From Raja brachyura (Eukaryota): DNA of 64,000 nucleotides. Position 1 is the stretch's first letter, and every line of letters begins with the position of its first letter. The notes under the pieces are model-generated. The model was not told the DNA's origin, made no database searches, and worked only from the letters and a program-made list of their open reading frames with translations. The position numbers were made by a program, and so were the translations under genes. The DNA is taken from NCBI GenBank assembly GCA_963514005.1, contig OY740783.1, positions 120,404,001 through 120,468,000 on the forward strand, written 5' to 3'. Below, in pieces: positions 36,676 to 51,159 of the stretch.

Positions 36676-39600
36676 CCACGGTCTCCTGAGATGCTGAATA
36701 ACCTGCTGAATCACTCCAGCACTTTGAGTCCTTTTGCCCGTGTGTCCATACACTTGGGGAAAGGAGACCGACGCAGAGACGGAGAGGCAGGTAGTCCGGA
36801 GCACACTCAGAAGGGGCGAGTTCACATCGACATCCCCGGTCCAGTTATTTTGCTCGGTCCCGTCATTTTGGTGCAAACCCACCCACGGACGTGACAGATT
36901 TCCGTGTCGCCTGGCCGTTATCACAAGGTTGAACGGTTGGCGGCTCCAATGCCGGCGAACGAGTGGGGCCAAACGCAAATTGGAGGAACGGTACCTGGTA
37001 GTTCATTTGGTCAGTTTACAACCAGGCGATATGACTCTTGATTTCTTTAACTTCAAGTAACCCTACATCACCTTTCCCTCTGTCCCTCCTCAATGATAGT
37101 TCTCTTACCAGTTTCACTGTCTTCCTGATTATTGTTACTGTTTCTATACCTGGTTGTCACCTACCCCATAGCTAACAATAAACCATTCTACATTTCCTAG
37201 ATCATCGTCTGCTTTGATCTGTTCTTTTCACACCTTGCATTCGCTTTGTACCCTTCCATATCTCCAGTTTCCCCCTCCTCTGACTCTCAGTCTGAAGAAG
37301 GGTCACGACCGGAAACACCACCCATCCCTTCTCTCCAGAGATGCTGCCTGACCCGCTGAGTTACCCCAGCATTGTGTCCATCTTTGGTGTATACCAGCAT
37401 CTGCAGTTCCTTGCCATTGACATCACTGGTGTCAGTGAAATTGCATCTTTGGAATATGGGACAAACTAGTACAGCAGCAGGAAGCACGCACAACCACTGC
37501 AAAAATGTATAAACTCCAATCACTAGAGGTCTGGATTGAACCTGGGTCACTAGAGCTGTGTGTGAGTTAGTCTGTGGTGTCAGCGTGCAAAGCTTCTCCT
37601 TTGAAAGGTCAGATAGAGGCGCAGCATGAACCAGAAACACTAAGTCTACTATTCATACTTTTTAACTTCCTGTCCCTGATAAATTTCAGGAGTGATTGTT
37701 TCCTCTTTTCAGAAATAATTCTATTTCAGGCACTGAAGTGGAGAGGCCAAGAACTAAAAGATTATTGGACAAGGCATACTTTTCAATAATATTCCTCAGC
37801 AGCAATCTTGTGTGCTTCTTTCAGATGGTATGTAAGTTGATTGGCCTGTGTAAATTGCCCCTAGTGTGCCAGGAGTGGATGAGAAATTGGGATAACATAG
37901 AACTAGTATGAACTAGTGATGCTTGGTGTCGATTTGGTGGGGGGTGAGGGGCCTATTTCCATCCTGTATCTTTCAATTCAACTGTTACTCTGAATTTTAT
38001 TTTCAGATCAATGGTGAATCCTTTTGTTAAATGTTATTGCTAACCATACAAATATTTTCTTTTGAACATAGAACAGTATTGCACAAGAACAGATTATTTG
38101 GCCCATAATCACTGGGCCGAACATGATGCCAAGACAACTCTTATCTGCCTGTACATAATCCATTTACCTCCACTGTACTCTCCTAGGAGTATTGATATAT
38201 TATTTGTTGAAAGTGGCATCACAGGTAGATAGGGTGGTCAAAAAGGCTTTTAGCACATTGACCTTTATCAGACAGAGCATTGAGTATAGAAGTTGGGAGG
38301 TCGTGTTGCAGCTTTATAAGACGTTGGTGAGGCTGCATTTAGAGTATTGTATTCGGGTTTGGGCACCATTTTATAGGAAAGATGTTGTCAAGCTAGAAAG
38401 GGTTCGGCTAAGATTTACGAGGATGTTGCCAGGACTCGAGGACCTGAGCTATAGGGAGAGGTTAGGCGGGCTAGGACTCTTTTCCTTGGAACGCAGGAGG
38501 ATGTCTCCTCCCCTTCCCACCTCTCAATTCTGTTGACCCTTGCTGTCTCCTTCCCTTCCCACCCCTCCCTCAGCCCTCGGGCTCCTCCTTTTACCTTTCT
38601 TCCCCCCGCCTCCCCCCAACCCCCATCAGTCTGAAGAAGGGTTTTGGCCCGAAACGTTACCTATCTCCTTCGCTCCATAGATGCTGCTGCACCCGCTGAG
38701 TTTCTCCAGCATTTTGTGTACCCAAGGGAGGAATAGATTGGGTAGACGCACTGTCTCTTACCCAGAGTAGGGTAATCGAGAACCAGACGACATAGGTTTA
38801 AAGTGAGAGGGGAAAGATTTTATAGCAATCTGAGGGGTCACTTTCATGCAAAGGGTGGTAGGTGTATGGAATGAGCTGCCAGAGGAAGTAGTTGGAAAAC
38901 TCTATGACATAGCTTTTATAGTGAGAGTCATACAGCATGAAAACGGGCCCTTTGGTCTGACTTGCCCATATCGGTCAACTTGTCCCATCTACACTAGTCC
39001 CACATGCCTGCGTTTGGCCCACATCCCTCCAAACCTGTCCTATTCATGTACCTATCTAATTGTTTCTTAAACATTGCAATAGTCCCTGCCTCAACTACCC
39101 CCTATGGTAGCTCATTCAATACACCCAGTGGTATACATGCCTTTGGCAGCCCAGGGACAAATTTGAAAATCTCCTCCCAACACTTTTTGTCTTTCCCCTC
39201 TCACTCGCACACTGTAACTTTTAGGTTTTGACTATATGTCCAAGGATATCTCTTCAAAGAGTGATTACTGGTACAAACGTGCATGTCATAAATCTTTGGT
39301 TAAGCCACCAATGGAGTATTGTGTGCAGTTCCGGTTGGCACAGGATAGGAAAGACATGATTACTACAAAAAGTAGTAAACACTGTCCAGTCCATCTTCGG
39401 CTCTGACCTCCGTTCCATCGAGGGGATCTATCGCAGTCGCTGCCTCAAAAAGGCTGGCAGTATCATCAAGGACCCACACCAGCCCATTATCTGTTTATTT
39501 GCACTTTATCAGTTTACTTATTCATGTGTGTATATATTTATATAATGGTATATGGACACACTGATCTGTTCTGTCGTCATGCCTACTATATTCTTTTGTG

Positions 39601-40166
39601 TTGTGCTTTATGACAAGTAAAGCAAGAATGTCATTGTCCTATCGGGGACACATGACAATAAACTCTCTTGAATCTTGATTGCATTGGAAATGGTGTGAAG
39701 GAGATTTACTTGGATACTGCCTGGAATAGAATGTTTCAGTTTTGAGGTTTGAGTGTTTGTTTTCCTTGCAGCAGAGGAGTCCATGCATACCGGTCTCGTC
39801 TCTTCCATTGACACCCTCTAAATATCATGTCCCTTAACATGAGCCTATGGCCTCTAACTATTGACATGTCTGCTCTGGGGAAAAAAAATGTTTCTTACTA
39901 TCCTTTCTAAAGCGGCTCATAATTCTATAACTGTGTGAAATATAAGATTGATATGCTTTTCTATTTTAATTTTTGTTTTCTTTTGCAGTTCTTGTTTCCT
40001 TTTCTCTGAACTGAGTGTGTTATTCGAGAATATTTGTTCCAAGTTCTAAAAATCTAAAGGTTGGGGAGAATAAGCTAGCAAAGTGGGGTCCTTTAAAAGA
40101 CCAGAAAATAGGATTAATTATTTTTAAATTCCCTATTTTGCAGATTTTGCTAAACAGCAACAGAAA

Positions 40167-40207
40167 ATGGCAGCTGACAATATGGAAATTGATGATTCCT
40201 TATACAG
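40167..40207 (+). CDS. UBA6: UBA6 first coding exon (exon begins 40144): MAADNMEIDDSLYS
   Basis: Acceptor ttttgcag, donor AG|GTAAAT. EIDDxLYS is the UBA6 N-terminal motif. Confidence 0.93.
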
Positions 40208-41578
40208 GTAAATCTTGAACATTCAACATGGAGGAAGCAAAATATTCCAGATTTGGTGAATTAGTAATGGGTATTTTCCCACCAGGTATATTGTGAAACA
40301 GAGGAACTCAAAATGCAGGAGGGACTTAGTGGGTCAGACAACCTCTCCGAAGGACATGGATAGGTGATATTTCAAGGGAGAGGAAAGGTGGGGTGAGATT
40401 GTAGGAGAAATGGGTATGCATTGAGGTGCGGGACACAGAGAGAGAGTGTGGGGATGCCCTTCACCTTCTGGCTATTGCCCAGAGTCCCCTGCACATCTGG
40501 GCCTCGCTCAGCTCCATCAACTACAGTTCATTCTCTGTCAGATCCAGACCTTCAATCAATGCTTTAACCTGATCATCAGCAGATACAGTGGCGCAGTGGT
40601 AAAGTTGCTGCCTTGCAACACCAGGACCTTGAGTTCGATCCTGACAATGGGTACTTGTCTGGAGGGAGTTTGAACGTTCTCCCAGTGACCCTTTTCTCAA
40701 TGTCAGCAAGACATTGACAGATACATCGTAGAAAGCATTTTATCAGGATGCATCACAGCATGGTATGGGAACATCCAATATCGGACGAAATTGTAGAGAA
40801 TTGTGGACGCAGCCCAGAGCATCACACAAACCAACCTCCCTTCCATTGACTACATCCACACTTCATGCTGCCATCAGCATAATCAAGGGCGAGTCTCAAC
40901 CCTGGCCTCTCCGTCTTCTCCCCACTCCAATCAGGCAAGAGGTACAGAAGTGTACAAATGCTTACCTCCAGATTTGGGGACAGTTTCTTCCCAGCTGTTA
41001 TCAGCAGACTGAACCATCCTATCACCAACGACAGAGTGGTTCTGATCTACCATCTACCTAATTGGAGACCCTCTGACTAGCTTCATTCAGACTTTTCTGG
41101 ACATAATCTTGCACTGAACGTTATTCCCTTTATACTGTATCTGTGCACTGTGGGCGGCTTGATAGTAATCATGTATGGTCTTTCCACTGATTGGATAGCA
41201 CACAACAAAAAAAGCTTTTCACTGTACCTTGGTACACGTGACAATAAACTAAACTAAACAACGTTGAGAGCTGATTTCCCTGGAAAGTCTTAACTATGCA
41301 AACATATTTGCAGTTTAAGAATCTGGCAAATGGTACTAAAATGAAAAATGTCTTCTCTAAGATAGGCAAGGAATCTTAGGAATTCTCTGCCTTAGTGGTC
41401 GGTAGATGTTCAGTCATTTAGTTTTATAGTACATATCATAGACTTTGGACTTGAGGAAGATCAGGGAACATGGGAATTGAGTGGGAAATTTAATTTCAAT
41501 GCAGCATTTTATCAAGTAGCAAGGATCCTTATGGCCATGGCCTGGGCCTGTTTCTTATGTTCTTCCTTTTTATTGCAG

Positions 41579-41673
41579 TCGTCAACGCTATGTCCTTGGA
41601 GACCATGCAATGTGTCAGATGGCTCAGTCTTATGTTTTCCTAAGTGGTATTGGTGGACTAGGCATTGAGATTG
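41579..41673 (+). CDS. UBA6: UBA6 exon: RQRYVLGDHAMCQMAQSYVFLSGIGGLGIEIA
   Basis: 95-nt AG/GT exon containing the SRQRYVLG and GxGGLG motifs. Confidence 0.96.
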
Positions 41674-43790
41674 GTAAGTAACATTTTGATGGATTAAAAA
41701 AATATATATTTGAAGCTTAATTTCAAAATGTTTATATCAAGGTAAGCCAGCTTTTTCTGCTACATCTAAAAATTGCTGTTGTCTTCTAATTCATTATTTT
41801 GATGGGTAGCAAGACCAGCATTTATCGGCCATAACTAGTTTCCCACAATGATTGGCACTCACAGTGAGCCTTTGGTAAATATATTTCTGTTCTGCTAATG
41901 CGTCTCTAGGTCTAGGATTTAAAAGCAATAGATCATTGATGCACTTCTAAATCAGAATGATATATAATTTAGTTGGGGATCTGCAGATAGTTGTTTTTCC
42001 ATGTTAATGTGGGCCTCCTTGGATGTAAGAGTTCTTGGATTTGGAGGGTGGGGTTAGGTGTTGGTTATTTGTTGAGCTAGTGTGGATGAGTAACTTGTGC
42101 ATGAGGTACGTGCAACATGTGGTGGCCACCACATGACTGTGCTGCCCACACTGGCCAACATGTCCCAGCTACACCAGTCCCACATGCCTGCGTTTGGCCC
42201 ATATCCCTCCAAACCTGTCCCATCCATGTACCTGTCTAACTGTTTCCTAAAATTTTGGATAGTAGTCCCTGCCTCTGACTGTTTGTTCCATACACCCACC
42301 ACCCTTTGTGTGAAAAAGTTACCCCTCAGATTCCTATTGAATCTTTCCCCCTTCACTTCATGTTGGAGGTGTACTTTTCACATGCCTTTTGATGGGAGAA
42401 GAAAACAGTGGTGAATCACTTGCTGCAAGATGCCTAACTTCTGACGTACTTGTAGCCATAGTACCTCTGTGTCTAGCTCAGTAGAGTTTCTAGTCAATAG
42501 TAACCACCAGGATGTTGCTGATAGGAAACTTGCTAATGCTGTTGAATATACTGGGCTCGCTGGTCGACACGGACTCGGTGGGCCAAAGGGCCTGTGTCCA
42601 CGCTGGATCTCTAATCCTAAATATGGAAATGTTGTTAGGCCATCTCTGTTGGAGATGTTTAAGAAAGAACTGCAGATGCTGGAAAATTGAAGGTAGACAA
42701 AAAGCTGGTGAAACTCAGCGGGTGAGGCAGCATCTATGGGGCGAAGGAATGGGTGACGTTTCGGGTCGAGACCCTTCTTCAGACTGATCATCTCCAACCT
42801 CTTGTTGGAGATGATCACTGGCTGAGACTTGTGTGACATGAATGGCAGTTGGCACCCAGATCCATTTTCCAAGATGTTGCAGGTTATGCAAATTATCAGC
42901 AATTATTAGCTGTAGGAAAGGTGCGATTTAACTGAAAAGAGTGAAGAGAAGTTTTATGTTGTCAGCATTCAAGGGCCTTAGTTGGCGCAGCAGTGGAGCT
43001 GCTGCCTACAGCACCAAATACCCGAGTTCGATCCTGACTAAGGGTGTTATCTCTGTGGAGTTTGTACATTCTCCCTGTGATTGCGTGGGTCTCTGGGTGC
43101 TCCGTTTTTCTCCCACATTCGAATGATGTGTAAGTTTGTAGGTTAATTGGCTTCTACAAATTCACCCTAGCGTGTAGGAATTCAAAGTGGGATAACACGG
43201 TAATGGTATATGGGTGATAAATGGTCGACGTGGACACGGTGAGCTGAAGGGCCTGTTTCTATGTTGTAACACTAAATTTCTTATCGAGTCCACAACACAA
43301 GATTAGAAATTGTTCAGCCAGAGCTGAACACACTTCTTGGCATCTGCATACAGTTGCGTCTTGCGCTTCTTGTGCGTGGTGGTGGAAAGATTGGTGGAAA
43401 CAGGGCCATGACATGAACTCTCTTTCCTTGACCCCATCATTAAACTAAATTAAAGAGATTGCACAGGCTAGGATTTAATTCCTTTCATTACATGAGGCTG
43501 AGAAGAGGTTCATAAAATTATGAGGGGAATAGATATGAACATTGTCTTTTTTGCAGGGTAGGACAATAAAGAGGACAAAAGGGCATAGGTTTAAGGTCAA
43601 AGGCGAAATAATTAATAGGAGTGTGTGGGGCAACGTTTTCACACAGAGTGGTGGGTAAATGGTATAAGCTACCAGAGGAAATAGTTGAAGCACGTTAAAT
43701 AAGAACATTCAACAGATATTTGGACTGATATATTGATTGGAAAGGCTTGGAGGGATAAGGGGCAAATGTGGATAAATGCAACATGCTTAT

Positions 43791-43996
43791 TGTAGATGAT
43801 AGTGCATGTCCCTTTAATTATAGATTGTGTAGCTTCCCTGACCACTCCCCGTTTAACCGGTATATTAATGTCTCTCCATCCCCTGGTACCTCCTCTAGTA
43901 GTTTGAACGTACAGACCATGTACAGCTAGGGCACTAGTGCATATGTAATCAATAAAGTATTAGTATAGAAACACTGTGTGAGTAACATCATTTACA
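43791..43996 (+). mobile_element. Solo LTR (206 bp)
   Basis: TGTAGATGAT…ATCATTTACA termini, 5-bp TSD CTTAT, internal TATA-like sequence and AATAAA; splits a CR1 3' end. Confidence 0.8.
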
Positions 43997-45481
43997 CTTA
44001 TGGGGCATTTTGTTTGCATGACGAGTTGGGTTGAAAGGTCTGTTTCGTGCTGTGTGGCGCTTGATTATAACTCTATTAGTTGAACGGTACGAATTTCAAT
44101 ATTCTGTGGATAGTATTAAACAGTTTTGTGCATTGGCCAAACTAGTATTAAATATTATACATTATCAACCTGTACAATAGTGCAGTATGTGTTGTAGTGA
44201 AAAGGTTGCAGCATTTGCACCATAGATTATTCTGATGTCTAAATTCAATGGGACAAAGATGCTGGAAACTCTCAGCCTGATGGTCAGATTTAGTTGTAGA
44301 CTAAATCTGTTTTCATAGAGTAGGGTTGCCATGGTGATGAGCTGTGGATATGGAATTCTTCAGTAGACAGATTAATGAGGGCAGCACTGAGAAAGGAACA
44401 TAAACACCATGAAATGAAGCAAGTGGGAGAGGACGGAGTGGGGGGGGGGGGGGGGGGGGTGGATTAAATTGAGATAGAGATATATTTAATCTGTAAAATG
44501 CCGAACTAAAGGAAATATCCAGCAGGTCACTGTCAGATAATGGGGAGAGTACATCTGTAGCAGTAGAATAGATAAATAACCAAGAGGAAAACAGGATTGG
44601 GTAATGGGGAGAAGTTGGATCGGCTGGGTCTGTTTTCTTTAGAGTGTAGGAGACCATGAGTGGATGGATAAAGGAATACTCGCAGTTTTTTTTCCAGGGT
44701 AGAGGATTCTAGAATTGAAGGGCTTAAGGTGAGCCGGGAGAGATGGGACCTCGGCCCGGTTTTCACTCAGTGTGGTCCGTATCTGGAATGAGCTGCCAGA
44801 GGACACAATTACACAGAACAATTACAGCAGAAATCTGGATAGAAAGGTTTTAGTGGTCTATTGGCCAAATGCAGACAAATTGGACTAGTCTGCTATGTTA
44901 ACTCGGTTGGCATGGGCAAGGTGAGCCGAAAAGCATATTTCCCTGCTTTATTGCGCCAATGCCTCTGATTCCGAAAAAGATAGTTACATAAAATATTGGA
45001 ATCAGATATTGAGTCTGGAAGATTACGACTTGCCCAGGTGAACAATAAGATGCTGATCCTGAAGCTGTCATTGGACCATTTCATGACATTGAAGGAGTCC
45101 ATCGACAAATGGGTCAGAGTGCCAGTGAGACGGGGAATTAAGGTGGCCAACACCAGGTAGCACAGATCACAGGTATTCCATCAATTATTGTCACACTCTC
45201 TGTTAGATATTCTCTTTGATCAGTCCTTCACTCCCCACGGTCTCTGTAATTGCTTTTTACTCTTCCACAGTTTGGGGGGAGAGTATTCAGCCTGAAACAT
45301 TAATAATGTTGCGAAACAAGGAATGGCAGATGCTGGAAACTTGAGCAAAACATAAAGTGGTGGATTAACTCAGTGGGATAGGAGCATTTCTGAAGGATGT
45401 GGCAAGGTGACGTTGTAGGTTGGGACCCTTCTTACTACTACAATTAGTCTGAAGAAGGGTTATGTCTCCAAACATCACCTA

Positions 45482-47109
45482 CAGTGCCCTCCATAATGTT
45501 TTGGACGGAGACCCATCATTTATTTATTTGCCTCTGTACTCCACAATTTGAGATTTGTAATAGGTGAAAATCAAATGTGGTTGAAGTGCACATAATGAGA
45601 TTTAAATAAAGGCCATTTTTATACATTTTGGTTTCGCCATGTAGAACTTACAGCTGTGTTTATACATATGGGGCACATTTCGGGGTTATATATTTCGGGG
45701 CACCGTAATGTTTGGGACACATGGCTTCACAGGCGTTTGTAATTGCTCAGGTGTGTTTAAATGCCTCCTTAATGCAGGTATAAGAGAGCTCTCAGCACCT
45801 AGTCTTTCTTCCAGTCTTTCCATCACCTTTGGAGAATGTTATTGCTCTTTATCAACATGCGGCCAAAATTGTGCCGATGAAAGTCAAAGAAGCCATTACG
45901 AGACTGAGAAACAAGAATAAAACTGTTCGACATCAGCCAAACTAAAGGCTTACCAAAATCAACCGTTTGGAACATCATTAAGAAGAAAGAGAGCACCGGT
46001 GAGCTTACTAATAGCAAAGGGACTGGCAGGCAAAGGAAGACCTCCACAACTGATGACAGAAGACTTCTCTCTAGAATAAAGAAAAATCCCTAAACACCTG
46101 TCCGACAGATCAGAAACACACTTTAGGGGTCAGGTATGGATTTGTCAATGACCACTGTCCGCAGAAGACTTCATGAACAGAAATACAGAGACTACACTGC
46201 AAGATGCAAACCGCTGGTTAGCCGCGAAAATAGGATGGCCAGGTTAGTTTGCCAAGAAGTACTTAAAAGAGCAATCACAGTTTTGGAAAAAGATTTTGTG
46301 AACAGATGAGATGAAGATCAACTTATATCAGATTGATGGCAAGAGCAAAGTATGGAGGAGAGAAGGATCCAAAGTATACCTCATCTGTGAAACTCAGTGG
46401 TGAGGGTGTTATGGCCTGGGCACGTATGGCTGCTGAAGGTACTGACTCACTTATCGTCATTGATGGTACAACTGCTGATGGTAGTAGCATAATGAATTAT
46501 GAAGTGTATAGACACATCCTATCTGCTCAAGTTCAAACAAATGCCTTAAAACTCATTGGCTGGCGATTCATTCTACAGCAAGACAATGATCCCAAACATT
46601 GCTAAAGCAACAAAGGAGTTTTTCAAAGCTAAGAAATGGTCAATTCTTGAGTGGCCAAGGCAATCACCCAATCTGAACACAATTCAGCATATCTTTTATA
46701 TGCTGAAGAGAAAACTAGAGAGGACTAGCCCCCAAAACAAGCTGACGCTAAAGATGGCTGCATACAGGCCTGGCAGAGCATTATCAGATGCATGTCCATG
46801 AATCACAGACTTCAAGCAAGTCATTGCATGCAAAGGATATGCAACAAAATACTAAACCTGATTACTTTCATTTACATGACTTTGCTGTGTTCCAAACATC
46901 ATGGTGCCTTGAAATGGGGGGATTATGTTTTAACACAGCTGTAATTTCTACATGGTGAAACCAAAATGTATAAAAATTGGCCTTTATTAAAATCTGACAA
47001 TGTGCACTTTAACCACATGTTTTTTTTCTATTACAATTCTCAAATTGTGGAGTACATAGGCAAATAAATAAATGATGGGTCTTTGTCCCAAACATTATGG
47101 AGGGCACTG
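45482..47109 (+). mobile_element. Tc1-like transposon, full length, transposase decayed
   Basis: ~200-bp TIRs CAGTGCCCTCCATAATGTT… / …AACATTATGGAGGGCACTG, TA TSD; remnants KSTVWNIIKK, QQDNDPKH, EWPRQSPNLNTI with frameshifts. Confidence 0.95.
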
Positions 47110-49170
47110 TATGCATGTCCTCCAGAGATGCTGCCTAACCAGCTTAGTTACTCCAGCACTTTGTGTTTTGGACATTAATTTTGTTTCTCTTTCCATAGAT
47201 TGACCTGTTGAGTGTTCCCAGCATTTGCTGTTTTTATTTCAGTTTTCCATTGCTTACAGTTTTTACAAGTGTAATACTGCAAGCATAAACATTGATTGTG
47301 AATAGGACAGTTTTTTAGTATCATAATAAATATTGTGACTAATAACAGGTTATTGTGACCTTGACCGTTCTCGGTTAAGTTACGATCGTTTATGCTGATA
47401 TGCTTTGCATGAGAACATGGAACAGTGCAACATAGCAACGGGTCCTACAACCCACAATATTTTTGCCGAATATGATGCAAATGTTAAACTGATCTCATCT
47501 GCCTGTGCACGGTTCATCTCCAACTTCCTTGCACTTCAGTGTGCCTATCTAAACGCCACTATTGTATCTGCCTCCACCACCATCCCTGGCAATGTGTTCC
47601 AGGCCTCTGCATAAAGAAAACGTACCCAGTACATCTCCATTAAACATTCCCCCTCTCGCTAATAGCTATGCCCTCTAGTGTTGGACATTTCCACTCTGGG
47701 GGAAAAAGGTTCTGACTGTCTACCTTATCTATGCCTCTCATAATTTTATATGCATATCAAATCTCCCCTCAACCTCAGACGTTCCAGAGAAAACAAAGCA
47801 AGCCTGTCCAATCTCTCCCTGAAGCTGAGCAGCATTATGGTAAACTTCCTCTGCATCCTCTTCAAAGTTTCCACATCTTACCTATAAGGGGTGAAACAGA
47901 ACTGCATGCTGTACTCCAAATGTGGCCCAACCAAAGTCCTATAGAGCTGCATCATGACTTCCTGACCCTTATATTCAATGCCATTAGCAATGACTGCAAG
48001 CATACCATATGCCTTCTTTACACCCTATCTACATGTGCTGCCTATCTCCAAATTCTTCTCCCATGGCAACATCAGTCACCTGGCCAGGCTTGTTTCCCAA
48101 TACAAGGTCCAGTATTGTCCATCTTCGAGTTGGACTATCCACATACTATTTAAGGAAACCTTGGATACACCTAATAATTTCTGCCCCATGTACACATCTG
48201 GCCCTCAGTAGGTCCCTGCCAATATTGGGGAAGTTAAAGTCACCCACTACAAAAACTGCAGTTCTTGGGTCCTTCCGTAATCTGTCTACGTATCTGATCC
48301 TCCATCTCCGGCTGGGTATTGGGTGGCCTATAATATCATCCCATTAGAGTCATTGCTCCTTTGTTATTTTTGAGCTCAACCCATTTTGCCTTCATCTGAT
48401 CACACCCAGCAAATTTTGCCCCATCTAATCCTCTTGCCCCGAGTAGGTCCCAGTCAATGTTGGGGAAGTTAAAGTCATCCACGACAACAACCCTGTGAGT
48501 TCTTGTATCTTTCTGTAATCTATCTACATGTCCGATCCTGTATATCCTGCTGGCTTTAGAGTGGCTATAATATAATCCCATTAAACTAATTACTCCTTTC
48601 TGAAGAAGGGTTTTGGCCCGAAACGTTGCCTATTTCCTTCGCTCCATAAATGCTGCTGCACCCACTGAGTTTCTCCAGCAATTTTGTGTACCTTGCTCCT
48701 TTCTTATTTTTGAGCTCAGTAGACGTATTCTCTAGTATGTATGGACATTGTCCTTGATTAGCAAAGCAAATCTTCCAACACCCCCCCCCCCCCTCAATCA
48801 ACTCAATCAAATCATGAGAGGAATAGATTGGGTCTCTTGAATTCAAACAAAATGTCTTCTCTTAGCATGGAAGTACTGATCATATTGAACCCAGCTATTC
48901 AAAATTTTGGATTTGGTCTCTCTTGCCAAGGGATATCGATGGGGATGTGTAAATTGAGATTTCAAATTCAATTGAATTATTTGGAGGATGCGTTACATGA
49001 TTGAAAAAAAGATAGGGAGAAGTAATCTAAGTGTATGCTTTACCATCAATTTTTCATTTAAATATTATTTGTGCATTATAATTGGTACATATTATTGTCA
49101 AAATAAATCCACTGAACTGTTGTGTTAAAATTATTTAAGGCTAAATAACGGATCACTTTTCTTTTGGCAG

Positions 49171-49199
49171 CAAAGAACATTATTCTTGCGGGTATAAAG
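49171..49199 (+). CDS. UBA6: UBA6 exon: KNIILAGIK
   Basis: 29-nt exon, cttttggcag/GTAGG, in frame with flanking exons. Confidence 0.92.
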
Positions 49200-50074
49200 G
49201 TAGGGTCAATCTTAGTAAATAATAAACACTCTCTTCATTCAGTGAATACATAAATTAATTGTTTGAATTATTAGGTGCCTGTGTTGCAAAGATTATTGTG
49301 CAGTTCCAATAAATTGCATGTCAGATCAATGATATATAAATTTAATATAATACTGCATTTTCCATTTGATTACTCATCTGTCACTTGCCAGGCTTTGCTC
49401 TGTGCCCACCTCCCTTGTCCAGTTGCCGTCCCTCACTGCTATCGGCCTGAGTAGAGTCCTGACTTGTCCATTCTCTCTGCAGGTGTTGCCTGACCTACTG
49501 AGTTGCAGCACTTTGTGTTTCGTTGAGGCAGTAAAAGAGGCTATTGCAACGAGATATGAGCGGGTTTTGAGGATTTGTATAAATGATGGTGGAAGAACAC
49601 TCAAACAATATAAAGTTCATAGAAAAATAAAAAGACTAGAACAACAATAAAACTACTGTAACATTTCAACTCAAACAATGATTTAACAGCGACGAAGCAG
49701 CCACTAAATACCGTGTGCCACACATTCAACTACAAAAGCTCGTAAAAGCTTGTTGAGAACTTGTAACAATTTATAGTCTGTAGGCCCTGGCATCATTCTG
49801 GAATCATGGGCATTATCCACATGATCCGATTCCATTGACCTTTCTAAAAGCCTCTTGAACACCATTATCGTATGCTTTTACCACTACCTTATGCACTGTG
49901 CTCCAGGAACCCACATAATTTCTACAACGCAAGGTTTTCTTCGGAACATGTATTACATTATAGCAGAACTGTATGTACTGATAACATAGAATATATAAAT
50001 AATTCATAGCAATTTGTTTATTTATACTGCTGATTGTATAATGACATCTATATTTTTTTTCCACTCTGCACTAG

Positions 50075-50169
50075 GCACTTACCATCCATGACACCAAACC
50101 ATCTGAAACTTGGGATCTAGGGTCTAATTTCTTTTTGCATGAGGATGACATTGCCAGCCAAAGAAACAG
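50075..50169 (+). CDS. UBA6: UBA6 exon: ALTIHDTKPSETWDLGSNFFLHEDDIASQRNR
   Basis: 95-nt exon, ctag/GTGAG; matches UBA6 TIHDT…WDLGTNFFL. Confidence 0.95.
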
Positions 50170-51159
50170 GTGAGAATCGTGAGAGTGATATAAAATCTCT
50201 GAGCTTAGCAGAAATAAACATTAATTTAATTTCAGCAACACGCATTTTATTTTGGAATATGTGTCCTAATGCATAAAATGTGATTTTCCAAAATCATTGT
50301 ATACAATTTCATATTCACATTTTCTCATGAGATAGAAGAAGTTATCCATCTCATGAAGTACGTGCAAGTTTGCAAAGCACCCCCATCAGCCCTACCTTCA
50401 CTTATCTCCTAGCAACCATTTCCCTCTTACCATCCGATCAACTCGAAAATAACTAAATTACTCAATAAGGGCAAGGCTTTTTATAAGGTTCCACACGGTA
50501 GGCTGATCTGGAAGGTAAGATCACATGGGAACCAGGGAGAGCGAACTAACTGGATTCCCAGTGGCTCATCACCAACTCCCTCTCTCATTCCCAATCTGAC
50601 CTTTCTGTCCTGGTCCTCCTCCATTGTCAGAGTGAGGCCCAGCGCAAATTGGAGGAACAGCATCTCATATTTCACTTGGGTAGTTTACACCCCAGCAGTA
50701 TGAACATTGACTTCTCTAACTTCAGATAGCCCTTGCTTTCTCTCTCCATCCCCTCCCCTTCCCAGTTCTCCCACTAGACTCGCTGTCTCCGACTACATTC
50801 TATCTTTGTCCTGCCCCCTCCCCTGATATCAGTCTGAAGAAGGGTCTTGACCCGAAAAGTCACCCATTCCTTCTCTCCATAGATGCTGCCTGTCCTGCTG
50901 AGTTACTCCAGGATTTTGTGTCTAACTGGACACAGAACTGGCTTCATGTAAAGAAGTGGAAGGTGGTGGTGAAGGGTATTTTTCAGACTGGAGGCCTGTG
51001 GTGTGCCTCAAATCGGTGTTAGTCCCATTGCTATTTGTGGTTTATATCAACACTTTGGGTGAGAACATACACGACATGATTAGTAAGTTTAGTAAGTACA
51101 TTAAGAAGGTAGATTTGTAGACAGTGAAGATGATCACAAATTACAGTAGGATCTTGATC

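Noticed and set aside
35447-36978. Long Pro/Ser/Leu- or Arg/Gly/Glu-rich ORFs
   Set aside because: Artefacts of the polypurine tract read through an N gap
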